In this document: positions 32,396 to 40,537 of the stretch, in pieces
How positions within the stretch are numbered: position 1 is the stretch's first letter
Layout: each line of letters opens with the position of its first letter
Source: a virus
IMG/VR virus record: IMGVR_UViG_3300045988_112022
Strand: one strand, 5' to 3'
Length of the DNA: 64,000 nt
Program-made: the position numbers and the translations under genes
The notes under the pieces: model-generated
Told to the model about the DNA's origin: nothing
The model's database searches: none
Seen by the model: the letters and a program-made list of their open reading frames with translations, nothing else

Positions 32396-32528
32396 TTGGA
32401 TATCCAAAAAATGCGAAAAATGAATTATTGGATATCCAAAAAGTCACGAATATTAATCGTTGCAGGAGGTACAGGTTTGAATTATTGGATATCCAAAAAG
32501 TCTACGAAACGATTAATTGGATATCCAA
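32396..32528. repeat. Four copies of the 12-bp palindrome TTGGATATCCAA
   Basis: Copies at 32396, 32428, 32485 and 32517, forming two pairs each spaced 32 bp. Each is flanked by AAT(T/A) and an A-run. Confidence 0.85.
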
Positions 32529-32546
32529 AAAATCGGAAATTAGCCC

Positions 32547-32576
32547 AAAATAGGCTAAAAATGGCTTAAAATGGCT
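32547..32576. repeat. Three tandem 10-bp A-tract repeats (AAAATAGGCT / AAAAATGGCT / TAAAATGGCT)
   Basis: Helically phased A-tracts directly after the palindromes. Confidence 0.75.
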
Positions 32577-32587
32577 ATTTTCATCAT

Positions 32588-32698
32588 GGTACTGTAGTAC
32601 CGATCTAATTAGCTATCTTATTTATTTAAAAAATTGAATTTTTCGTATAGCTAATATACATTGTACTACAGTACCACCATTTATTGTACGTACAATAA
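32588..32698. repeat. Large imperfect dyad plus an 18-bp perfect palindrome
   Basis: GGTACTGTAGTACC at 32588 pairs with GTACTACAGTACC at 32663. An inner TTAGCTAT/ATAGCTAA pair and an AT-rich centre lie between them. The perfect palindrome TTATTGTACGTACAATAA (32681-32698) abuts the RBS of the XRE gene. Confidence 0.75.
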
Positions 32699-32712
32699 AG
32701 AAAGGAGATTCT

Positions 32713-32943
32713 ATGACTGAACAGGAGCTTATTGAATCGTTTGCAGGCAACTTGGATTACATTATGAGATCGGAACATATGAATCAAAGTGAGCTGGCAC
32801 GAAGGAGTCATTTGAGTAGGGAGTCAATCTGTAAATATTTAAAAGGTCAGCGTATGCCTACGTTGAAGGCACTTATGAATTTAAGCTATGCCTTGAGATG
32901 CAACATTGAAGAATTAACTCCGTTTATTCAACTTATCGATTGA
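32713..32943 (+). CDS. XRE-family HTH transcriptional regulator
   Basis: AAAGGAG RBS. MNQSELARRSHLSRESICKYLKGQRMPTLKAL. Confidence 0.8.
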   Translation: MTEQELIESFAGNLDYIMRSEHMNQSELARRSHLSRESICKYLKGQRMPTLKALMNLSYALRCNIEELTPFIQLID

Positions 32944-32953
32944 GGTGACGGAA

Positions 32954-33388
32954 ATGAGCGAATTAAAAAAACAATGGATTGACGATGAATATCTGTGGCA
33001 GGATTTCTTGGACTACTTCAATCCAGACTTCGATGAGATTGCCGATATTAAACAGATGAGCTGTTATGATATTCTGGTCACCATGAAAAATGGGGTGCAA
33101 TATATTTACGACAATTACCGTCAGACACGAAGGCGACTCCCAAATAGTTGGGATGATATGAGTCTTAAAGAATTTCATATGGATGCACATATAAGATTAT
33201 ATTCTATGATGAAGCGGGAAGGTTTCACATATGATGACCTGTCTGAAGAAACGGGCATATCTCCAGGAACTATAAGTAATTATGTGAATGGCGTGACATC
33301 CCCAACCCTCGACAGATTATTTCTGATTGCCAAAGCATTAGGCTGCCGGATTGAAGACCTAATCTATATCGAGCATATGTACAGATAA
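32954..33388 (+). CDS. Protein with a C-terminal XRE-type HTH domain
   Basis: FTYDDLSEETGISPGTISNYVNGVTSPTLDRLFLIAKALG. Alternative GTG start at 32945. Confidence 0.7.
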   Translation: MSELKKQWIDDEYLWQDFLDYFNPDFDEIADIKQMSCYDILVTMKNGVQYIYDNYRQTRRRLPNSWDDMSLKEFHMDAHIRLYSMMKREGFTYDDLSEETGISPGTISNYVNGVTSPTLDRLFLIAKALGCRIEDLIYIEHMYR

Positions 33389-33393
33389 CCCAT

Positions 33394-33428
33394 GAGGGCG
33401 CTTGGTTTACAGGCGCTCTTTTTTTGGT
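33394..33428 (+). terminator. Intrinsic terminator
   Basis: GAGGGCGC...GCGCTCTT stem followed by TTTTTT. Confidence 0.55.
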
Positions 33429-33446
33429 GCAGAAAGGAGATATTCT

Positions 33447-33827
33447 ATGGGGGAATTTGACACCAAACGAAATGGTATTCCGGTGAAGATATTAGAAACC
33501 GGTGAAGAATTCAATTCTATCAAAGCTTGCGCCGATGCGATTGGCGGCAATGCGTCCTGCGTCAGCAGAGTTGTGAATGGCAGTAAAGGATATTGTACTT
33601 GTCATGGGTTCCATATTTCAAAAGCTGGTGAAGAATCTGAAGTCCGCACGGATCAGCGAGGACGTCCAGGAATTGGAGTACAGATTATCGAAACCGGAAA
33701 AACGTATGGGTCCGTAGAAAAATGTGCCAAAGACATCGGGGGCAGTCCGACAGCCATTAAAGATATTTTGAAACAACAAAACAATCGAGTATCACACAAA
33801 GGTTATCATTTCAAACGTATAACTTAA
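33447..33827 (+). CDS. Stand-alone tandem NUMOD/IENR-type DNA-binding repeats (homing-endonuclease DNA-binding module without a nuclease domain)
   Basis: AAAGGAGA RBS before ATG 33447. Two repeats: ILETGEEFNSIKACADAIGGNASCVSRVVNG..GFHI and IIETGKTYGSVEKCAKDIGGSPTAIKDIL..GYHF. Confidence 0.55.
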   Translation: MGEFDTKRNGIPVKILETGEEFNSIKACADAIGGNASCVSRVVNGSKGYCTCHGFHISKAGEESEVRTDQRGRPGIGVQIIETGKTYGSVEKCAKDIGGSPTAIKDILKQQNNRVSHKGYHFKRIT

Positions 33828-33963
33828 CCACTGTGTCGAAAAACTCACACGTGAAAATAACATCCCCTTTTATAGGGAGAAGATAATATATCGGTCAAAA
33901 TCGGTCAATGTATTATCTTTTTATTTTTATGGATATTCAGCTCTATGAAAGGAGAAAGAGTTC

Positions 33964-34254
33964 ATGAAAGAAAATAAGTTTCAGGCAGATTTGAAAAAAG
34001 AGCTTAGAGCTATATTTCCTGGTTGCATTGTAACCAAACTGGATTCGAGCGATATTCAGGGTATCCCCGATCTTCTTGTTTTATACAAAGACAAGTGGGC
34101 GGCTCTGGAAGTTAAGAAAAGTGCTACGGCATCACATCGTCCGAATCAGGATTACTATGTTGCAAAAATGAACGCCATGTCATTTTCACGATTTATCTAC
34201 CCAGAAAATAAGGAGGATGTTTTAGATGAACTTCGTGAATCATTCAAAGCTTAG
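33964..34254 (+). CDS. VRR-NUC domain nuclease
   Basis: GIPDLLVLYKDKWAALEVKK...NQDYYVAKMN fits the D..E.K VRR-NUC core. Confidence 0.6.
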   Translation: MKENKFQADLKKELRAIFPGCIVTKLDSSDIQGIPDLLVLYKDKWAALEVKKSATASHRPNQDYYVAKMNAMSFSRFIYPENKEDVLDELRESFKA

Positions 34255-34783
34255 TGGACTTCACGCACCATTCAGCCCAAGTCAGCCAGCATGGTTGAGA
34301 TATAGTGATGAGAAAGCAATCGCAGTTCGACAGAACAAGAAAGCTGCAGAACTTGGCACACGCTTACATGCATGGGCAAAAGAAACTATTGATATGGGTA
34401 TTAAACAGCCTCGCTCGAAGAAAACCTTATACGCATATGTAAACGATGCTATCGGTTTTCGCATGAGTACAGAGGTTGTTTTATATTATTCAGACAGATT
34501 CTTCGGAACTGCAGATGCGATTTGTTTCCGGAATAATAAGCTCAGAATCCATGATTTGAAGACTGGCGTCGGTCCAGTGCATATGGAGCAGCTTGAGGTG
34601 TATGCAGCGTTATTCTGTCTTGAATATAAGATCAGACCAGGCGATATCGAGTTTGAACTCTGTATTTACCAGAATGATGAAGTAGTAGTATTCAACCCGA
34701 CTGCAGAAGATATTCTGCCGATTATGGATAAGATTGTTCATCTTGACAAGATACTTGCGGAATGTGATGCAGAGGAGGCATAA
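34226..34783 (+). CDS. PD-(D/E)XK family nuclease (Cas4/exonuclease-like)
   Basis: AAGGAGGA RBS. GTADAICF...LRIHDLKTG matches the D..(D/E)xK pattern. Confidence 0.5.
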   Translation: MNFVNHSKLSGLHAPFSPSQPAWLRYSDEKAIAVRQNKKAAELGTRLHAWAKETIDMGIKQPRSKKTLYAYVNDAIGFRMSTEVVLYYSDRFFGTADAICFRNNKLRIHDLKTGVGPVHMEQLEVYAALFCLEYKIRPGDIEFELCIYQNDEVVVFNPTAEDILPIMDKIVHLDKILAECDAEEA

Positions 34784-34786
34784 CCG

Positions 34787-35332
34787 ATGACTGAATTCTA
34801 TAACGGTTGGGAAGAAAATGAAGTATGGGTTAATCTTGAGCGTTTCCCGAAACATCAAATCAGCACATTCGGTAGAATACGGAATAAATGTAGCGGCCAT
34901 ATTCTCAAACCATTTTTGGACAGATACGGTTATCTACGGGTTAGCATCGGTAATACCGATAATGTATACATACATCGTCTAATGTGTGAAACTTTTTATG
35001 GCGCACCAAAATTCGATCGAGCTCAAGTTAACCATATAGATTGCGATCGAGAAAATAACCACATATTTAATCTTGAATGGTGTTCAGCTAAAGATAACAT
35101 AAAATGGGCTTGTGAACACGGAAAACTAGATTATAAAAAAGGGTTGAAAATGGCGGTTAAAGCCAACGTAAAACCTGTCCGGATAATAGAACTCGATAAA
35201 ACCTTTTCGAGTGTAAAAGATTGTGCCAAATTTCTTCATATAAATCCGAATAGAGTAAGTAGATGTCTTATCGGATCAAGAAAAGGGCAACGTATACATG
35301 GATATCATATAGAGTACGCGGAGGCAGAATGA
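34787..35332 (+). CDS. HNH homing endonuclease (NUMOD4 + HNH + C-terminal NUMOD/IENR repeat)
   Basis: WVNLERFPKHQISTFGRIRN, then VNHIDCDRENNHIFNLEW, then IIELDKTFSSVKDCAKFLHINPNRVSRCL..GYHI. Confidence 0.8.
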   Translation: MTEFYNGWEENEVWVNLERFPKHQISTFGRIRNKCSGHILKPFLDRYGYLRVSIGNTDNVYIHRLMCETFYGAPKFDRAQVNHIDCDRENNHIFNLEWCSAKDNIKWACEHGKLDYKKGLKMAVKANVKPVRIIELDKTFSSVKDCAKFLHINPNRVSRCLIGSRKGQRIHGYHIEYAEAE

Positions 35333-38241
35333 TGAATAGTATAGTAGAAGAAATTGAATCATTTTTAGGATCAGCCTCTATGACAGATGAGGAATATCTG
35401 GCTCATTATGGTATGCCCCGCCGTTCCGGGCGATATCCTTGGGGGTCGGGGAAAAATGGCTATCAAAGCTCACGTGACTTCTTAGGTCGTGTTGAGCAGA
35501 TGCGAAAATCTGGTTTTACATATACTGATGAAAACGGTAAGAAATGGACTGGTGATAATGCGATTGCTAAATCACTTGGTTACAATTCTACCGATTTCCG
35601 AACAGTGTATGCGATTGCAAAAGACGAGCGTAGATCAGATATGGTTGCCACAGCCAAACGTCTCAGAGACAAAGAAGGAATGAACAATTCTGAGATTGGT
35701 CGAAAAATGGGAATCAATGAATCATCTGTTCGATCACTCCTTGATCCAAATTCCGAGTCAAGAATGAAGCAGGCCAGAGACACGGCCAAATTCTTGAAAG
35801 AACAGGTTGATAAAAAAGGCATGGTTGATGTCGGTGCCGGTGTAAACAATGATCTGAAAATCACAAAAGAAAAACTGGATCAGGCATTGTTTATATTACA
35901 GGCTGAAGGAAACTATGAGGTTTATGGAGGTCGATTCTCACAGGTCACAAATAAAGGTCAGATGACGACTCAGAGAGTTCTTTGTAAACCAGGAACACCG
36001 CATAGTGCAATCTACGATTTTGATAATGTCAAGACAGTCACTGATTATATTTCCAGAGATGATGGGAAGACCTATGAAAAGAAATTCACATATCCTGAAA
36101 GCTTAGATTCCAAGCGTCTTATGATTCGCTATAAAGAAGATGGCGGTATTGATAGAGATGGAACCGTTGAACTCAGGAGAAATGTACCGGATCTGTCGCT
36201 TGGCGAATCCAAATATTCTCAGGTCCGTATAATGGTTGACGGAAAGAAATATATCAAAGGCATGGCTGTCTATAAAGATGATAAAGACTTTCCACCAGGT
36301 GTCGATGTTATATTTAACACCAACAAGTCCAAGAGTGTTCCGAAACTGGAAGTTCTCAAAGATGTGAAACCAGATCCGGACAACCCCTTCGGCTCTCTTA
36401 TTAAAGATGCCGATCAAGGCGGGCAGTATTGGTATACCGACAAAAATGGTAAGAAGAAGCTCGGCCTTATTAATAAGCGATCCGATGAAGGCGATTGGAC
36501 TGAATGGAAAGATGCTTTACCATCTCAGTTCTTATCCAAACAGTCAAAAGCTATGGCAGAAAAACAGCTTGGCATCGCTAAAGCAGACAAGCAGGCAGAA
36601 TATGAAGCTATCATGGCTCTGACTAATCCGACTGTAAAGAAATATTATCTTGATAAATTCGCAAGCAGTTGTGACTCAGCAGCCGTACATCTTAAAGCAG
36701 CCGCATTACCGGGTCAGAAATACCATGTTATTCTACCTGTCACATCTCTGAGTGAGAAAGAAGTATACGCCCCTGGATATCCTGATGGAAGTAAACTTGC
36801 TCTTGTTCGATATCCTCATGGTGGTACATTTGAGATTCCAATCTGTACAGTCAACAACAAAAACAAAGATGCTATCAAGATGATTGGAAAGGATTCTATC
36901 GACGCGATTGGTATCAACAGTAGAGTTGCTGAACGATTATCTGGAGCCGACTTCGATGGCGACACTGTAATGTGTATTCCCACTCATGATCGTGCCGGAA
37001 AAGTTAAGATCGCTAGTCGTCCGCCTCTTGAAGGGCTCGAGGGATTCGATCCTAAGATGGGTTATCAGGGCGAGAAGAAAACTGGATCTGATGGTAAAGA
37101 ACATTGGTATCGAGACGGCAGAGAATACCAGCTCATGAAGAAGACTGATACTGAGATGGGTAAAATCTCTAATCTGATTACCGATATGACTATCATTGGA
37201 GCTACCGATGATGAATTAGCTCGTGCTGTAAGACATAGCATGGTCGTCATCGATGCTGAGAAGCATCATCTGGATTACAAACAGAGTGAAAAAGACAACA
37301 ACATTCAGGCACTAAAGCAGAAGTATCAGATCAAGGTCGACGAGAACGGGAAGATCAAATACGGCGGCGCATCCACCCTTATTTCCAGAGCCAAAGGAGA
37401 AGTTACTGTTGATAAGCGACAGGGAACTCCTAAACCAAACCTCCCGGGTAAAGAATGGTATGATCCATCCAGACCTGACGGAGCTCTTATCTACAAGAAA
37501 GCTGACGACGCTACCTATACCGTCAAGAAAGTGGATAAGAAGACCGGTGAGGTAACGGAGGTAACTAAGAAGCGTACCGATAAGAGTAACCGTATGTCTG
37601 AAACTGATGACGCTATGACCTTGGTATCTAAGTATAGACACCCAATGGAACTTGTGTATGCTGATTACGCTAATAGCATGAAAGCTATGGCCAACAAAGC
37701 AAGGGTTGAGTCCAGTAAAGCCGGTAAGATAGCCTACAGTAAGGATGCTAAGAGGAAGTATCAGGAAGAGTATGACAGTCTCACTAAGAAACTGGCGATA
37801 GCCGAATCTAATACACCTCGTGAACGTGCAGCCCAGCGTATGGCTAATGCTACCGTTCAGAGAAAGCAGAAAGCTGCTGAAGAAGCTGGTGTTAAGCTCA
37901 AACCGAAGGATGTTAAGAAAGCAAGTCAGCAAGCACTCACGAAAGCAAGAGAAGAAGTTGGCTCTGTTTCGAGAAGAGACCGAAACATCGTCATCACTGA
38001 TAAAGAATGGGATGCTATACAGGCAGGTGCAGTCAGTGAATCCATACTCAAACGTGTTCTCAATAACTGTGATCCGGATTCTTTAAGACAAAGAGCAATG
38101 CCGAAAGAAACAAAAGTTCTTAATCAAGCAAAGATTAACAGAATCAAAGCGATGTCTGCATCGTACACAATTCAGCAGATTGCAGAAAAGCTTGGCGTTT
38201 CAACCTCAACAGTTTCCAAGTATTTGAAAGGAGCGAATTAG
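35329..38241 (+). CDS. Candidate single-subunit double-psi-beta-barrel RNA polymerase (YonO / RdRP-like) with N- and C-terminal HTH modules
   Basis: GGAGG RBS; ATG 35329 overlaps the HNH stop (ATGA). LALVRYPHGG (36805) then LSGADFDGDTVMCIP (DFDGD at 36949-36963). HTH-like NNSEIGRKMGINESSVRSLL and IQQIAEKLGVSTSTVSKYLKG. Confidence 0.55.
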   Translation: MMNSIVEEIESFLGSASMTDEEYLAHYGMPRRSGRYPWGSGKNGYQSSRDFLGRVEQMRKSGFTYTDENGKKWTGDNAIAKSLGYNSTDFRTVYAIAKDERRSDMVATAKRLRDKEGMNNSEIGRKMGINESSVRSLLDPNSESRMKQARDTAKFLKEQVDKKGMVDVGAGVNNDLKITKEKLDQALFILQAEGNYEVYGGRFSQVTNKGQMTTQRVLCKPGTPHSAIYDFDNVKTVTDYISRDDGKTYEKKFTYPESLDSKRLMIRYKEDGGIDRDGTVELRRNVPDLSLGESKYSQVRIMVDGKKYIKGMAVYKDDKDFPPGVDVIFNTNKSKSVPKLEVLKDVKPDPDNPFGSLIKDADQGGQYWYTDKNGKKKLGLINKRSDEGDWTEWKDALPSQFLSKQSKAMAEKQLGIAKADKQAEYEAIMALTNPTVKKYYLDKFASSCDSAAVHLKAAALPGQKYHVILPVTSLSEKEVYAPGYPDGSKLALVRYPHGGTFEIPICTVNNKNKDAIKMIGKDSIDAIGINSRVAERLSGADFDGDTVMCIPTHDRAGKVKIASRPPLEGLEGFDPKMGYQGEKKTGSDGKEHWYRDGREYQLMKKTDTEMGKISNLITDMTIIGATDDELARAVRHSMVVIDAEKHHLDYKQSEKDNNIQALKQKYQIKVDENGKIKYGGASTLISRAKGEVTVDKRQGTPKPNLPGKEWYDPSRPDGALIYKKADDATYTVKKVDKKTGEVTEVTKKRTDKSNRMSETDDAMTLVSKYRHPMELVYADYANSMKAMANKARVESSKAGKIAYSKDAKRKYQEEYDSLTKKLAIAESNTPRERAAQRMANATVQRKQKAAEEAGVKLKPKDVKKASQQALTKAREEVGSVSRRDRNIVITDKEWDAIQAGAVSESILKRVLNNCDPDSLRQRAMPKETKVLNQAKINRIKAMSASYTIQQIAEKLGVSTSTVSKYLKGAN

Positions 38242-38245
38242 TTAA

Positions 38246-38518
38246 ATGGATGATTTCAGATTAACAACATTTGACAATCCTTACGATCCATTCGAACAGT
38301 TCACTCTTTGGTACTTGTTCGATACAGAAAAAGGTTACAACACTTGTGGAAAACTGGATCGTATTTCCAATTATTCTGACGACATGACAGAAAAAGAGGT
38401 CAATGATGAACATAATCGTGCAATCGATGAGTTAATATCATTTGATTTCTTGAATATTTACAAAAAAGTTCCGCGAAATTCGAAAGTTGCGCTGGATTTA
38501 GGCGCTGCCCAGGTGTAA
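38246..38518 (+). CDS. Hypothetical protein
   Basis: 90-aa ORF directly after the polymerase candidate. Confidence 0.6.
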   Translation: MDDFRLTTFDNPYDPFEQFTLWYLFDTEKGYNTCGKLDRISNYSDDMTEKEVNDEHNRAIDELISFDFLNIYKKVPRNSKVALDLGAAQV

Positions 38519-38534
38519 TCCGATATCAAAGCAT

Positions 38535-38609
38535 AGGGGGAGGGTCGCTAAAAAAGCACCCCCTCCCTGCATCGCGCCGGTCTTCCGAATTTCCCCGGCG
38601 GGATTTTTC
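38535..38609 (+). other. GC-rich twin hairpins in a 304-bp non-coding gap (terminator and/or cos/pac candidate)
   Basis: AGGGGGAGGG...CCCCCTCCCT, then CGCCGG-N14-CCGGCG followed by GATTTTT. This is the most GC-rich non-coding patch I noticed in the window. Confidence 0.45.
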
Positions 38610-38822
38610 CAGAAACAATTTATATTTTTATGCTGCCCTCAGAGGGGTTTATTGAACCACAAAGCCATTTAATCCGCGTGTATTTCTCCTTTCAAGATTT
38701 GTACTTCTTTTGAGTTAGTCAACCTCGTACCGATAGGTTCCTTAAACTCCTCTAAAGACAGCATAACATTAATGAAATCTGACAAATAGTCGATAACAAT
38801 TAAATTCAAGGAGGCGTAAACG

Positions 38823-39140
38823 ATGCCAAAGGTAGCAAAAACTGAACGGCGTCCAATGCTTACGCCGGAAGCAAAAGAAAACCAGATGATATCTCTGGCT
38901 ATGGATTGCGCTGAAAGACAGATGATGGAAGGTACGGCTTCTTCGCAGGTTATAACTCATTTTTTAAAACTGGGTTCGGGAAAAGAAAGACTCGAGAGAG
39001 AAAAACTTGAAGAAGAGAACAAGCTTCTGAGAGCGAAGACAAAAGCGTTGGAAGAGAGTGCTGAATCTAAGGTTATGTATGAAGAAGTTCTTCGAGCTAT
39101 GCGCGACTACAGCGGAGCAGGTGATCCGGATGAGTATTAA
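38823..39140 (+). CDS. Hypothetical protein, possible small terminase or packaging accessory
   Basis: AAGGAGG RBS. First gene of the late operon; coiled-coil C-terminus. Function guessed from position only. Confidence 0.6.
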   Translation: MPKVAKTERRPMLTPEAKENQMISLAMDCAERQMMEGTASSQVITHFLKLGSGKERLEREKLEEENKLLRAKTKALEESAESKVMYEEVLRAMRDYSGAGDPDEY

Positions 39141-39546
39141 GACATATTCTGAGTTGATCACATTTCCAACTTTTAAAGAACGATACAAGTACCTTCGGAT
39201 CGGCGGTGTAGTTGGTCAGGAGACGTTCGGATTCGACAGATATTTGAATCAGCTTTTCTATAAGTCGCCGGAATGGTTGTCGGTAAGAGATCAGGTGATT
39301 TTTCGAGACAGTGGGTGCGATCTGGGGATTCCTGGGCGAGAAATCTATAGCAAAATTCTGGTTCATCATATGAATCCGATCACGAAAGAGGATATTCTCA
39401 AGCGAAGTGATTTGTTGCTGGACCCGGAATATCTGATTTGCACTGTCAAAAGAACACATGACGCAATTCACTATGGGGATGATTCCATATTATGGAGCGA
39501 TCCTGTAGAACGATGTAGAAATGATACTTGTCCATGGAAGAAATAA
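39130..39546 (+). CDS. HNH endonuclease (terminase-associated type)
   Basis: ILVHHMNPIT...TVKRTHDAIHYG. ATG 39130 overlaps the upstream gene. Confidence 0.75.
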   Translation: MSIKTYSELITFPTFKERYKYLRIGGVVGQETFGFDRYLNQLFYKSPEWLSVRDQVIFRDSGCDLGIPGREIYSKILVHHMNPITKEDILKRSDLLLDPEYLICTVKRTHDAIHYGDDSILWSDPVERCRNDTCPWKK

Positions 39547-39560
39547 AGAGGAGTAGCTTG

Positions 39561-39902
39561 ATGAATGAAAGTATTCTAATATCGATCAAGGCACAACTGG
39601 GTATTCAGGAAGAGTATACAGCTTTTGACCAGCAGCTTATTATGCACATCAATTCGGTGTTTATGGTTTTAAAGCAGCTTGGAGTAGGTCCTGCGGCTGG
39701 TTTCACTATTTCAGATAAAACAGCTACATGGAATGATTTTCTCTCATCCGATAAGAACCTCGAAGCAACGAAGTCTTATGTCGGCATGAGAGTGAGAATG
39801 CTGTTCGATCCGCCAACAACTTCAATTGTTGCCGAAAGTATGAATCGTATGATCAATGAGTTTGAGTGGCGACTTAACTCGGAAGCGGAAAGTGATAATT
39901 AA
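39561..39902 (+). CDS. Possible head-tail connector (gp6-like) protein
   Basis: AGAGGAG RBS before ATG 39561. ISIKAQLGIQEEYTAFDQQLIMHI resembles connector N-termini. Weak. Confidence 0.55.
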   Translation: MNESILISIKAQLGIQEEYTAFDQQLIMHINSVFMVLKQLGVGPAAGFTISDKTATWNDFLSSDKNLEATKSYVGMRVRMLFDPPTTSIVAESMNRMINEFEWRLNSEAESDN

Positions 39903-40537
39903 TCTAAAATTCCCTTGAAGAAAACATCTTGGGATTTGGCGGCAATAGCTGAGGTTCCGACAAAATCAAATCCAGCTCCAACCAAACCGCCAACAAATGG
40001 AACCATTTTTCCAAGATTAATTATACCTTTGGTTCCAAATTTTGTTATAAATCGCTGACCAACTTTCTGGTTAATTTTGGTTAAAACTTCCCCAGGGATT
40101 TTCTTGATCATGCTTATGGTAAATTTGTTGGTAAATTGAACTCCCGCTTCACGGCAGATTTTTGAAACAGAAGCGCCAGTAAGACATACGTACGCCATAG
40201 TTTGAACTTCATCATCGGAAGGATCGTAGCCAGCCAGAACGGCAATAGTTGCGATCATACGAAGTTGTATATACCATACGCTTGCTAAATTAGCAGGAAT
40301 CGCCACCGGAAGAGTTAATATTCCGCCAAGACTTGTTATAAATCCGGATGTGGAACATTTCATAATTTGCCATTTCGCAAAAGCAGCGGTAGCTTTTTCG
40401 GCATCACCGTATTTATTAAGATACTGCTCGGCTATTTCATAACAATTTGGTGTGTTAGGTAAACCATTAAGCGCAGCTTCGTAACATTTATTCAATGCAC
40501 TCATCACTTGATCTTCGGTTAAAGCGAGTTTTGACAT
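39899..40537 (-). CDS. EcsC-family-like membrane-associated protein (moron on the opposite strand)
   Basis: AAGGAG RBS before the minus-strand ATG 40537. GGILTLPVAIPANLASVWYIQLRMIATIAVLAGYDP is typical of EcsC as I recall it. Confidence 0.55.
   Translation of the reverse strand: MSKLALTEDQVMSALNKCYEAALNGLPNTPNCYEIAEQYLNKYGDAEKATAAFAKWQIMKCSTSGFITSLGGILTLPVAIPANLASVWYIQLRMIATIAVLAGYDPSDDEVQTMAYVCLTGASVSKICREAGVQFTNKFTISMIKKIPGEVLTKINQKVGQRFITKFGTKGIINLGKMVPFVGGLVGAGFDFVGTSAIAAKSQDVFFKGILD

Noticed and set aside
32396-32528. Possible CRISPR array (repeated TTGGATATCCAA)
   Set aside because: The repeats are only 12 bp and perfectly palindromic, there are only four copies with 20- and 45-bp gaps, and there are no cas genes. 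This is operator- or iteron-like, not CRISPR.
33925-33958. Possible additional copy of the conserved element (..ATTCAGCTCTATGAAAGGAG)
   Set aside because: It shares only the 3' ATGAAAGGAG part. There is no TTCGCG-type box at the fixed 15-nt distance, so I did not count it.
37312-37932. 206-aa minus-strand ORF inside the polymerase-candidate gene (also 16867-17358 inside the replicase)
   Set aside because: These are antisense shadows with no start context. The sense frames carry recognisable motifs.
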